Shown: one piece after another, positions 17,068 through 25,999 of the stretch | Layout: each line of letters opens with the position of its first letter | Numbering within the stretch: the stretch's first letter is position 1 | Source: a virus | Reading direction: 5' to 3' (one strand) | Virus record (IMG/VR): IMGVR_UViG_3300009431_000882 | DNA: 43,263 nt | Made by a program: the position numbers and the translations under genes | The notes under the pieces: generated by a model | What the model was told of the DNA's origin: nothing | The model's input: the letters and a program-made list of their open reading frames with translations, nothing else | Database searches by the model: none

Positions 17068-17095
17068 TTGACAACAGGCCAACAACCCTTAAAAT
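17068..17095 (+). promoter_or_regulatory. sigma70 promoter P2: TTGACA-N16-TAAAAT
   Basis: -35 at 17068..17073. -10 at 17090..17095. Confidence 0.5.
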
Positions 17096-17289
17096 CGGAG
17101 GTGGATTGACAAAGGTTCTTGCCGCCCGCCCCGCACCCAGTGACGGGGCGGGCGGCGGCGGAGTCAATCAGACCTGGGTTTTCTAGTCATCCGGTCAATA
17201 AGGAGTCTTTCAGCTTCATGGATGCGAAGGCAACAGCCACCTAACTAAACCTTTAATCACGGTGGGCTGAAAACAAACGCTTTCAGGGC

Positions 17290-17318
17290 TTGACTCCAAC
17301 TAGACAGATCGCTAGAAT
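17290..17318 (+). promoter_or_regulatory. sigma70 promoter P3: TTGACT-N17-TAGAAT
   Basis: -35 at 17290..17295. -10 at 17313..17318. The flank GATCGCTAGAATC is shared with P1. Confidence 0.55.
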
Positions 17319-17405
17319 CCCTGGTGTCAATGAGCGGAGAACAAACGCTCACGACGCTAGTAGGTTGTTAAGAAGACGGACGGGAAGAAAGTTGTTCGTG
17401 ACCTC

Positions 17406-17434
17406 TTGACAACCTAACAACACAACGCTAAGAT
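17406..17434 (+). promoter_or_regulatory. sigma70-like promoter P4: TTGACA-N17-TAAGAT
   Basis: -35 at 17406..17411. -10 at 17429..17434. Confidence 0.4.
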
Positions 17435-18541
17435 TAACGAACACATGTGGCCCCTGGGAGTTGGGACCGTTGGAGCGCAAGCAACGACCTAACCACTCCC
17501 TGGGCCGCTTTTGATCTTTGACAATTTGGTGAAGCGAGTCCCAACATCATAATGCTCTTCAGCATATGATGGCCTGGCAAACTGAGATTTGTGGGACACT
17601 CGATTGGAAAGAAAGACTGGGCTGCTCCAGTGGGTCAGTTTTTTCAACCTCATCCAGGGTGATGAGCCCAAAGGTGAGTAACCAGCGAGGACAAAACCCT
17701 AATCCGCAAGAACGGGGTGGGAGAACTGTCAAGGTTCTATGTTGAAGGATATAAGCGGTCCTTCCGTAAGGATTGATTGTCGAAACCAGCAACGGAACTC
17801 ACAAACAGGCATCGATCAGTTAAGGGCGGCAGAAGGCTATAAAGTTGCCATCATAAGAAGGACCAGAAATGGCCTGGAACGATGTTGGTTGTGGAAAAGC
17901 CTCCAAAAGAACTCGGACACAAGCAGTATTGCTAAGCAGCGACAAAGAGAGTCTCCAAAGCCAATCCGGCTAAACTTGTTCTGGTAACAGAAAAATCGGT
18001 GTCGGAACGGTGCCGATTTTCTCCTAAGTTGCTCTGCGGGAAACAGCGAGGACACGTCGGCCCTAACAGACGGACAGGAAAACGTGGAAACCGCATCTAT
18101 ACGTCGAGCGGCCAACACGCCCTCCCAGAACGATGGGATGATACTGTAGCAAGTATCGAAAGTCTGTGAGCCTAGTGGACATCAACCACTTAGAAACGAG
18201 GTAGAAACCTAACTACCAAAAAACAATAGGAGGTTGTGGGAACTCATAGTTTGGGTACGAGCGGATGGCAGCAACTTCGGGACAAAGGCCCGACCCCTTG
18301 GTGACAGAGGGAATCGGCTTGACTACCGGAGAAGTGAAAATCCAATCACAACCAAAACACGAGCCACAGCTATGCCACTGGCAGGTACCACGGTCGTACG
18401 CAGCGGCCGTTATACGGTGGCCTCAAAAGGGCCAGCAGACAGACCTGGCAGTAATGACGTATTGGACAAAGCGCATGGGACTCACGATACTTGATTTGTA
18501 GGTGGATCAAACTGTCTGTGGATCGAGTAACTGTCTGCGAG

Positions 18542-18579
18542 AAAGCCCCGGCACTTCGGTGTTCGGGGCTTTCTTTTTG
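18542..18579 (+). terminator. intrinsic terminator (AAAGCCCCG-gcacttcggtgtt-CGGGGCTTT, then CTTTTTG)
   Basis: GC stem followed by a T-tract, on the plus strand only. Confidence 0.65.
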
Positions 18580-18709
18580 CGCCGACCGCAATGCTAGCAC
18601 AGTCATAAGTGCTTGTGGCAGCCGTTCTTAACTCGCCTTGACCGAATTTTCATTTTCTGCGATGATGCTGCCAATAAGCACCTAACAACCACGGGAGGGA
18701 GACCAGGAA

Positions 18710-18952
18710 ATGACTAGCGACGATATCCGGTCACGATTGGTCCAGGTCTGCACAGACAATCTGGGCATTGATGAAGATTAACTGACCACCACCGGCGCAA
18801 CATTCAAGTCTCTGGGGGCCGACTCCCTAGACCTGGTGGAAGTTTTCATGGAGACGGAAGAAGAGTTCGACATCAACATCCCCGATGATGATGCCGAAAA
18901 AATCACGTCCTTCGACCAACTCCTCGCATACGTCCAGGAAAAGTCCGAATAG
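18710..18952 (+). pseudogene. acpP: acyl carrier protein (ACP) gene interrupted by an in-frame TAA at codon 24
   Basis: RBS GGGAGGGA 9 nt upstream. The translation [79 protein letters not shown] carries the DSL phosphopantetheine site and an overall ACP fold pattern. The single TAA at 18779..18781 sits where E, K or Q is expected. Confidence 0.6.
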
Positions 18953-18966
18953 GAGCAGAGAACCAA

Positions 18967-19386
18967 ATGGCTGCGGATTTTGCAGAACGATCACAAACAG
19001 TGTTGCAAGTGGCCCAGCGGTTATTCGACACCGATCCAAAACCGGATTGGGTCACGTTCTTCCGTGAAATCATGGGAGTCGAAGGGGCCATCGTCAAAGA
19101 ATTTCCTGGTGCAAATGAAGCACGGCAATTCGAGCAGACTGACGCATACAGTCAGATTCAGGGCATGGTGGGCCAACTTCGCACCGACGAGTTGGAACAA
19201 ACCGCTGGCGAAAAAACCCAAACGATTACACCACGGGTACCCGTTAGCCTCCATGTGGCTCTCAAGGCGGAGGTAAAGCAATTGAAGGATAATGGGCGTC
19301 CGGGTATGAGCCTCAACAGGCTCGTGATTACCAAATGCCTCGCTCCGACGAGGCCCGAGTTATTGCCGCCCAAAGCTAACAGCTAG
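18967..19386 (+). CDS. hypothetical protein, 139 aa
   Basis: SD AGGAGCA. ORF with normal composition. A stem-loop follows the stop at 19383..19417. Confidence 0.5.
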   Translation: MAADFAERSQTVLQVAQRLFDTDPKPDWVTFFREIMGVEGAIVKEFPGANEARQFEQTDAYSQIQGMVGQLRTDELEQTAGEKTQTITPRVPVSLHVALKAEVKQLKDNGRPGMSLNRLVITKCLAPTRPELLPPKANS

Positions 19387-19454
19387 TTAGTCGTCGTCGT
19401 CCCAAACGACTAGCTGTGTGTGATTAAGCGACCCAAAGTACAAGGAGCACCTCT

Positions 19455-19787
19455 ATGCGCTTGCTGTCTTATCTTGCGCAGCGACAGGCGCTGCACCTCA
19501 CCTTCCGCTTTCAATGGTTTGACAACTGGCAAGCCACTCAAAAAGATGACCACCCTCCTGTTCCTCTTTGTGTCATCGCTGTCATCCTGTTCCTAATCGT
19601 TGCCGTTGTCTTGCCTTTCGGCAGCATCATCGGCATCTTTGCCGCCGTAACCTGGTTTGCCTCCCAGCCAGACAACCCAGCTTCGTCGGCAACATTAGCG
19701 GTTCTCGTCTTGATTTTCTGCTCAACATTTCCTGGAGTCATCTGGGCTTTCAATAATCCAGACGAAAACAAATGGCCCACGTGGTAA
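19455..19787 (+). CDS. hypothetical membrane protein, 110 aa
   Basis: SD AAGGAG. Two or three TM helices. Confidence 0.5.
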   Translation: MRLLSYLAQRQALHLTFRFQWFDNWQATQKDDHPPVPLCVIAVILFLIVAVVLPFGSIIGIFAAVTWFASQPDNPASSATLAVLVLIFCSTFPGVIWAFNNPDENKWPTW

Positions 19788-19824
19788 ACCCGTCGTTACG
19801 TCCCAAACACAAGGAGAACCGATT

Positions 19825-20355
19825 ATGCCATTGGTCGCCCCCTCACTCGAAACCGTAGCCTGCGCTCTCACGGTCGCCGTCGTCCTTCTTTGGGTATGGG
19901 GTTGGGCAAAGAAACACATCAACGCACAACCCATAATCAAGGAACGATTCAACAACTTTGGTCCCTATTGGGTGATGGCCGCCCTCGGCTTCGGCTTTAC
20001 GGCCTTCGTCATGTACTACGGCAGCCACGTGCCGCCAACCGACTACCAAGAAAGACACCACAGCATCCAAACGCAGATCAGCCAAATCCACCATTGGGCG
20101 GACCATACCAGTTTGGGGCAAAGGCTCTTCGTCAATGACGACGAGCGACTCGAACTGGCCAACGAGATTAACACGGAATTGCTCGCCGCCATAGAAGAAT
20201 ACAATCAACTCATGCGGGACTACCAAACCCGTGACCCAATCCTGGAAGCATATCAGCGGACAACTTTGATTGCCGTATTATGGATCGTCGGCATTTGTGG
20301 TGTGATCTTCGGCGCATTTGGAGTAATCGCCGGGATCATTGCCATCGATGACTAA
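19825..20355 (+). CDS. hypothetical membrane protein, 176 aa
   Basis: SD AAGGAGAA. TM helices at both the N- and C-terminus. Confidence 0.5.
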   Translation: MPLVAPSLETVACALTVAVVLLWVWGWAKKHINAQPIIKERFNNFGPYWVMAALGFGFTAFVMYYGSHVPPTDYQERHHSIQTQISQIHHWADHTSLGQRLFVNDDERLELANEINTELLAAIEEYNQLMRDYQTRDPILEAYQRTTLIAVLWIVGICGVIFGAFGVIAGIIAIDD

Positions 20356-20365
20356 GGAGTTCAAC

Positions 20366-20812
20366 ATGGCAGAATTCATAAACGTACTAGGCATCGTGCC
20401 TGTGCTCATGTTGGGCTTGATGTTGTTCTACTGTCTTGACCTTCTGCGTAAAAACAAAACGATGAAAGTCGAGGCAAACAAGGTGCCTGATCTGGAGGCT
20501 CGGAACGACAGGCTAAACGACTGGTTGGGTAAGAAGCAGAAAATGCTCGACCATATGCAGAGAGAGGCCGAACAACAACGAGAGGCGTTTAATGCCCTCG
20601 CCGAGGCCAACGCCAAACTGCGAGAGTCGGAGGCCCACGCTAGGCGAGAGTTTGAACGAGCCGCTCGGGCGCACGCAGAAGCCTGTGTTTGCCTGATGTC
20701 CGCCAATGCCACCATTGATCGAGCAACGAAACAAATCAAGTCTCTCAACAGACAAGTGACTGCGAACAACGGGCATCTAGCTCGTCTGCGAAGAGCCACA
20801 ATGCTCTACTGA
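20366..20812 (+). CDS. hypothetical membrane-anchored coiled-coil protein
   Basis: ATG at 20366 with TAAGGAGT 5 nt upstream. The track ORF starts at a TTG at 20339. Confidence 0.5.
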   Translation: MAEFINVLGIVPVLMLGLMLFYCLDLLRKNKTMKVEANKVPDLEARNDRLNDWLGKKQKMLDHMQREAEQQREAFNALAEANAKLRESEAHARREFERAARAHAEACVCLMSANATIDRATKQIKSLNRQVTANNGHLARLRRATMLY

Positions 20813-20962
20813 ACAACCGAAGGACGAGAAGCAAGAGGAACTGGGAGATGACGGGAACTAGCATCACACGTGCTAGCATAAATCGCAACCCTCCCTCGCT
20901 GGAAAGGCCGCCCTCACGGCATCGCCGTGGGGGCGGCTCAACCCCTCTGCGAAAAAGTCGCC

Positions 20963-20991
20963 TTGACCCACTTTTAGGATTTCGTTAGAAC
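20963..20991 (+). promoter_or_regulatory. sigma70 promoter TTGACC-N17-TAGAAC
   Basis: -35 at 20963..20968. -10 at 20986..20991. It lies upstream of the small ORF at 21043 and the gene at 21186. Confidence 0.45.
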
Positions 20992-21042
20992 GTGCGGTAA
21001 GTCGTTACGTTCACGCAAAATCCGCATGTAGGGAGGTTTGTC

Positions 21043-21186
21043 ATGCGGTTTCGCCATCTTATGGAAGGCGTCATGTTGACGTTTCTTCTCCCGTTAGGTT
21101 TACTCGCCTGGACCATCCATTTGATGAATCCAGCGTCGATGGACATGATTACCCGTGTCACTTTCATGGAGTTTCTCGTTGAGTAA
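21043..21186 (+). CDS. candidate small membrane protein, 47 aa
   Basis: GGGAGG 7 nt upstream of the ATG. Hydrophobic core LTFLLPLGLLAWTI. Its stop TAA overlaps the ATG of gene 21186 (TAATG). It falls below the ORF-track length cutoff. Confidence 0.35.
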   Translation: MRFRHLMEGVMLTFLLPLGLLAWTIHLMNPASMDMITRVTFMEFLVE

Positions 21187-21527
21187 TGGGAGAGTTCAAA
21201 CGGCGGATCATTCTGGAGGCCCTCAGAAAGGGGACTGCTAGAGAACTGGAGGAATTGGGGGAGCAAGATGGAAGGGACGCTTTAGGGGTTTACGACCTTA
21301 TCGACGTGGAAATGGTTCCCCTGGAAACTGAAGTTAAGAAGACATTGAGGAAGAGACGACAAACGCATCATACGATAACAATTCTCTCACGCATGTTCGC
21401 CCGAATGGTCTTGTTGGCGGAAAGGTGCCTTACCGATCAGGAGGCAACAGAGTTAATGACTCGGTTGGGCATGAAACGAACCTCACCCAACGCAGTGTTG
21501 GATAGTACGGAAGAGGCCACTGATTAA
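21186..21527 (+). CDS. hypothetical protein, 113 aa
   Basis: ORF, coupled to the upstream small ORF. Confidence 0.5.
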   Translation: MGEFKRRIILEALRKGTARELEELGEQDGRDALGVYDLIDVEMVPLETEVKKTLRKRRQTHHTITILSRMFARMVLLAERCLTDQEATELMTRLGMKRTSPNAVLDSTEEATD

Positions 21528-21542
21528 CGGAGTGTTGAACCG

Positions 21543-22106
21543 ATGACTACCCCAGAACCATATGCTGTATTTCAAGTTCAAATTCGTGTCACCAAAGGCA
21601 AAGCTAAATTCGAGCGCCCTTTACCCAACGGCCTGACAGAGCTTAGTCCGAGCCAGGGTTGGGTAGCCCTTGAGCCAGCATTTTCTGGCGAAAGGGCAGG
21701 ACCAAAACAGCATCTCGAATTCTTACTTGGCCAGGTCGAGTTGCTGTTTGATTTGTACGGGAGACCGAACCAGCCACTCGCAACCGCTGCCAAGGTCGAG
21801 GCAATTCAACTACTCTTGAAGGAAGCCGCTCCCGTACTTCGAGATTTGAGCGAAACCGACGATGAGAGAACACATCCAAACTGTTCACTCGACCAGGCGA
21901 AAGAGGCTTTTTGTCGTCATCAGCAAACCACAATCAAAACCCTGGAGTCGCAAGGGTGCAGCGCCAGGTTAAGATTGATTTCCTTTAGAAAAGACGAGGT
22001 CTTGCAGGAAACTGATAGAGGTTATGGCGTCGACATTCTAGCCAGAACTAGAGCCGGTAGGACCGGCTCACCCACTATTCCACGGATGACTATGCCAGTA
22101 GGCTGA
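21543..22106 (+). CDS. hypothetical protein, 187 aa
   Basis: GGAG 10 nt upstream. ORF with normal composition. Confidence 0.5.
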   Translation: MTTPEPYAVFQVQIRVTKGKAKFERPLPNGLTELSPSQGWVALEPAFSGERAGPKQHLEFLLGQVELLFDLYGRPNQPLATAAKVEAIQLLLKEAAPVLRDLSETDDERTHPNCSLDQAKEAFCRHQQTTIKTLESQGCSARLRLISFRKDEVLQETDRGYGVDILARTRAGRTGSPTIPRMTMPVG

Positions 22107-22119
22107 AAGGTAACAAATC

Positions 22120-22686
22120 ATGCGCTGGAGATATACGCTGCTTGTAGCGCTCGTGTTCCTCGCTGGTTGCGAACACAGCATCATCGGTGTAATCACCAAC
22201 TCGAAAGAAGTCATCTGCAAAAATGTCAACGGTGACTATGAGACGGTCACACTCATCACCGTTGAAGACGAACAAAACGAAGACCATTCTGTCATACTTG
22301 CCTGGCAGGAGTGTAATGACCCGTGTTCGGGCAAACGCTACGTCATCAAGTACACTACAAACTGTAAGATTGGTGGCTTTCCCTCAGTTCAGAAAGCAAA
22401 TCAAACCGACGCCCCTTTCGTTGGAGACATGGAGACTGCCAAAGAAATGCTGGCACCTGCGCCAGGAGAGTTGTTGATTGATCTCAAGCTGGATAAACGC
22501 CAACTAACCAAACAACTCGGCGAAGAGTGTGTTGTTCAACACTTGGGACAAGACAAGGCATTTGTCATCCACGCTACAGACAAAGGCTGCACAAAGTTGA
22601 CCACAGCAAACATCGGAGAAGATGGCCTAGTCACAGATGACGTATCCTTCACGCACGATCCAATCGTGATTGTGCGAAGTCAGTGA
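22120..22686 (+). CDS. putative lipoprotein, 188 aa
   Basis: The N-terminus MRWRYTLLVALVFLAGCEHS reads as a signal peptide with an LAGC lipobox. Confidence 0.55.
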   Translation: MRWRYTLLVALVFLAGCEHSIIGVITNSKEVICKNVNGDYETVTLITVEDEQNEDHSVILAWQECNDPCSGKRYVIKYTTNCKIGGFPSVQKANQTDAPFVGDMETAKEMLAPAPGELLIDLKLDKRQLTKQLGEECVVQHLGQDKAFVIHATDKGCTKLTTANIGEDGLVTDDVSFTHDPIVIVRSQ

Positions 22687-23634
22687 TTATGGGCAATCAG
22701 TGCAGTCGGGCTCAATCAAATCAGCATCAGTCAAGGTGTAGGGTTCTTCCGTAATCTGTATCGGGTTAGACCCTGCACCACCCGTTCGCACGTAACAAAT
22801 CCTACGGCCGACTTCTCCGGCACTTGCGCCTGCGTGGTATTCGATGATCTGCGCAATATCCCCGTTCACATCCAGGCAGATGTTCTGGAATGTGAATAGA
22901 CCAGACCGCCCTCTCAAGAGTTGCCAGTCACCTTGAATGGTGGCAGAATCGAATCCTTTCGTGTTACCTCGTTCATCTACGGCATCATCGATGATATTAG
23001 CATGAACGTTACTGCCGGTGGGATTACTCGTGTAGTCATAAGGATCGAGGCGGACTAGGTGATTTGTGACAGTCAAGTGGCCGCTATCATCCTTGTACTG
23101 GTCAATTGCCGCTGCGGAAGCAAACTGGTGCAATACCTGGTGCCTATCAAAGTACGTGGGCAGTTCAGCTACCCCAGCACGCCTGTTAAACTGCAAAGAG
23201 GGTTCGGCATGGGTTAAATCCACATAGTAGCGGAATTCCGTGCCTGGTTTATTTGCTCGAATTTGCGTGCGATGGGTCTGTGGGTTCTGGCTTGCCGTAA
23301 ACCAAGCGGTGAAGTTCACATCAGCGTTCAGCGACGAAACAACCTCTGCATGAGTGACCGCATTGGCGGCGGCTGCCTGAGTGGTGACATCAACCTCTAA
23401 CAACGCCCAGCGTTCAAAAGGTACGTGCAAGGTATAGTAAATTCTCAGAGTGTCGCTGGCGTTGCCATCTACGTCAGCGCCTGATAAGTCAAACGGTCCA
23501 TTTTCCCACGAGATAATCAATTCATCGCCACGACCTGCATTACGAGGACAGAACAACGAAAGACTTTGGTGACGATCTGCTAACACCCAATTTCCCTGAA
23601 AGTCTTCACAGAACGGATTGAGGTAATAGGCCAT
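22687..23634 (-). CDS. hypothetical protein, 315 aa
   Basis: Long ORF with normal composition. Convergent with the lipoprotein gene. Confidence 0.5.
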   Translation of the reverse strand: MAYYLNPFCEDFQGNWVLADRHQSLSLFCPRNAGRGDELIISWENGPFDLSGADVDGNASDTLRIYYTLHVPFERWALLEVDVTTQAAAANAVTHAEVVSSLNADVNFTAWFTASQNPQTHRTQIRANKPGTEFRYYVDLTHAEPSLQFNRRAGVAELPTYFDRHQVLHQFASAAAIDQYKDDSGHLTVTNHLVRLDPYDYTSNPTGSNVHANIIDDAVDERGNTKGFDSATIQGDWQLLRGRSGLFTFQNICLDVNGDIAQIIEYHAGASAGEVGRRICYVRTGGAGSNPIQITEEPYTLTDADLIEPDCTDCP

Positions 23635-23668
23635 ATCTTTTCCTGTTATGATTGATTGCTTAGGTTAT

Positions 23669-24547
23669 TTAGTCAGCGATGACATTTTTGATGTAGTCTT
23701 CCAGACGATGTGTTGGTTCCCAGCCTAAAGTTTCTTTCGTGTACTCGATATCGGCCAACGTATGATCTGCTTCGCCCGGCCTGGCTGGGATATATTCGAT
23801 CTCGCACCCCTCGAACAGTGTCGCCACTTCATTGATTGAATGGTTGCGGCCCGTACCAAGGGCAAAGACCTCTGCTCTCCACTCATCTCTACGCAAAAAC
23901 TCCTCAATGGCGATCAGCCCATTTACAATATCCGCCACGTGAGTGAAATCACGCCGCTGCTCACCAGTCCCTGTGATTGTGAGAAGTTTTTTATTTCGGC
24001 GCTGTTGCTCGAAAACCCCTATAACCGTCGAAAAAGGACCAGTCTCAATTTGACGAGAGCCGAAGACATTGAAGAAACGAGCTACTCCTGTACGTAGATC
24101 ATAGACTTTGTTGTACATCTTGCACGCTTCTTCGCCCAACCATTTCGCAAAAGCATAAGGATTGATGTACGGATCAAAGTAGAAGGTACTCGATCCAGAG
24201 TAGATGAACCGAGCATCCATCTTCCTTGCTACGTCCAACATGGCCACTGTTCCGAAGGCATTATTCCAATATGTCTTAACAGGGTCATCAAAACTCGGCT
24301 GGATGCGTGCCATCGCTGCTAAGTGGAAGATTGCATCATACTTGTCTGGCAACTTATACAATTCATCAACGAATTGCATGGGCTCAATGATGAGTTGAAA
24401 GTTATCTGACTCTTTAGCTTCGGTGAGATTCTCTTCTTTTCCCGTAGACATATCGTCTAGTGCATGAACAACATGGCCCTCCGCTAGCAACTTGTCTACT
24501 AGATGACTGCCAATGAAGCCCGCCCCACCAGTTACCAAATATTTCAT
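23669..24547 (-). CDS. NAD-dependent epimerase/dehydratase (extended SDR family)
   Basis: N-terminal Rossmann motif MKYLVTGGAGFIGSHLV. YAFAK (YxxxK). The start is set at the ATG at 24547, with GGAGGAG 6 nt upstream. The track ORF continues upstream to 24895. Confidence 0.8.
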   Translation of the reverse strand: MKYLVTGGAGFIGSHLVDKLLAEGHVVHALDDMSTGKEENLTEAKESDNFQLIIEPMQFVDELYKLPDKYDAIFHLAAMARIQPSFDDPVKTYWNNAFGTVAMLDVARKMDARFIYSGSSTFYFDPYINPYAFAKWLGEEACKMYNKVYDLRTGVARFFNVFGSRQIETGPFSTVIGVFEQQRRNKKLLTITGTGEQRRDFTHVADIVNGLIAIEEFLRRDEWRAEVFALGTGRNHSINEVATLFEGCEIEYIPARPGEADHTLADIEYTKETLGWEPTHRLEDYIKNVIAD

Positions 24548-24661
24548 GCAAATCTCCTCCATCCTATCATAGTGCTGTTTTGCTCTTCCTTGGCGCAGAG
24601 TTTTCTGTAGAATCGGCACGCACAATGGCCACTTTTTATCCGTAAACCTCGGAGTTAAATC

Positions 24662-25933
24662 ATGCACGGTCCAACCGAACTGCGACAAGTGAAGAACTTT
24701 ACCGTTGCCCTCACCCCATTTTCCACACCCGTTATCGATGCTCGTGTGATTGTCAATGCCGGGTCCGCCGACGAGGCCGCCGACCAATGGGGCACGGCTC
24801 ACTTCCTCGAACACATGTTCTTCAAAGGAACCACAAAACGAGATTACAAGGCTATTAACAAGGTCACGTCTCGACTTGGCCATGTGAACGCCCATACGTC
24901 AACACATGGCACGGCGTATGAAATTCAGTTCCTACTAGGCGACATCGCCGAGGCGATTGAAGTTCTCATGGAAATGGTGTTCCTCCCATCCATGCCCGAG
25001 GAAGAAGCGAAAAAGGAAACCGGCGTCATCGTCGAAGAGTGTCAAATGTATCTCGACGACCCACACGCCTTCTTCTGGAACAATACAGAACAACATATCC
25101 TCGGAGACCAACATGGGCATTCCGTCATCGGTACCATCGAGAGCATCCAAGCAACCACCGTTGAAAAGATGCGCCAGTTCCGCACAACACATTACACGCC
25201 GGGTAATATGTTGATCTCAGTCGTCGGCAACATCGACTTCGATGAACTCGCCGCCATCCTTGAACAGCATTTACCCGACCTGCCTGACGGTGAACGCAGC
25301 CAACGGTGGGAACCAACCTTCGACTGGGATGACCACGACTTCACCCATAAGGCCAAACAAGCGATTGTCGCCCTCGTCGCCAAAGGGGCCACGCTTGAAG
25401 AATGTATTGCCAACAAGTGGGCAGTGGATGTCTTCCGCAACGCTCTCGGCGGTGGGGCTCACTCTCTGCTCTTCGACCGACTGCGAGAAGAACTCGGTCT
25501 GTGTTATCATGTGGGCGCAAGCCACTGGTCAAAGGGCAACCTGGGCCTGTTCGTTGTGCTGACAATGCTGGATGAAGACAACATCCAACTCGCCGTCGAC
25601 GAAATCAACAAAATCATCGCCAAGGTACGACAAGAGGGCTTCACCGATGAAATCCTCGAAATCTCCAAGACGAACCGGCTGTTCACCGTGGCCAGAGCAA
25701 TGCAGACCAGTACAGCCATCAACTACGCCGTCGAGGACTATTTCCATCTTGACAACACCTCGTTGACGGAGTACCTGTCATTTGCCGACCGACGCACGGC
25801 CATCGAACTGCTCACCAACGACGATATGATTGAGGTGGCTCGTACCTTGTTAGGCGAAGACGAACCCGTGAAACTGTGTCAGATGACACAACTTGCGCCG
25901 GAAAGAGTTTACGTCGACCCAGACGATAAGTAA
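24662..25933 (+). CDS. peptidase M16 (pitrilysin/insulinase) family zinc metallopeptidase
   Basis: The inverted zincin motif GTAHFLEHMFFKGT (HxxEH) is present. The downstream architecture and the 423-aa length fit M16. SD GGAG. Confidence 0.8.
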   Translation: MHGPTELRQVKNFTVALTPFSTPVIDARVIVNAGSADEAADQWGTAHFLEHMFFKGTTKRDYKAINKVTSRLGHVNAHTSTHGTAYEIQFLLGDIAEAIEVLMEMVFLPSMPEEEAKKETGVIVEECQMYLDDPHAFFWNNTEQHILGDQHGHSVIGTIESIQATTVEKMRQFRTTHYTPGNMLISVVGNIDFDELAAILEQHLPDLPDGERSQRWEPTFDWDDHDFTHKAKQAIVALVAKGATLEECIANKWAVDVFRNALGGGAHSLLFDRLREELGLCYHVGASHWSKGNLGLFVVLTMLDEDNIQLAVDEINKIIAKVRQEGFTDEILEISKTNRLFTVARAMQTSTAINYAVEDYFHLDNTSLTEYLSFADRRTAIELLTNDDMIEVARTLLGEDEPVKLCQMTQLAPERVYVDPDDK

Positions 25934-25999
25934 CAAGTAGCACGAGCGCCATGAACCTTTCCGGCCGATAGCCCGTCTCTCAGAGTAGGGACATCGGCC

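Larger units (their letters stand above)
17326..18579 (+). ncRNA. candidate large non-coding RNA, about 1.1-1.25 kb, family unknown
   Basis: Four tandem consensus promoters lie upstream. No ORF of 90 aa or more exists on either strand. A strong intrinsic terminator sits at 18542..18579. Several local hairpins are present, including UUCG-type loops. No 16S/23S, RNase P, tmRNA or SRP signature was recognised by eye. Confidence 0.3.

Noticed and set aside
16972-18709. Whether the ORF-free region behind the tandem promoters is a 16S or 23S rRNA gene, RNase P RNA, tmRNA or SRP RNA
   Set aside because: None of the universal rRNA primer-site sequences is present (for example GTGCCAGCMGCCGCGGTAA, or the 16S 3' end GGATCACCTCCTT). 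The tmRNA tag and T-arm end are missing. The only RNase P-like stretch (GGAAAGAAAGACTGGGCTGCTCC at about 17606) lacks the complementary P4 3' strand. I therefore left it as an unclassified ncRNA candidate.
23669-24895. Track ORF giving a 408-aa epimerase with a 116-aa N-terminal extension
   Set aside because: The Rossmann motif MKYLVTGGAGF must be N-terminal, and GGAGGAG lies 6 nt upstream of that ATG at 24547. The extension would also run into the promoter region of the divergent M16 peptidase gene.
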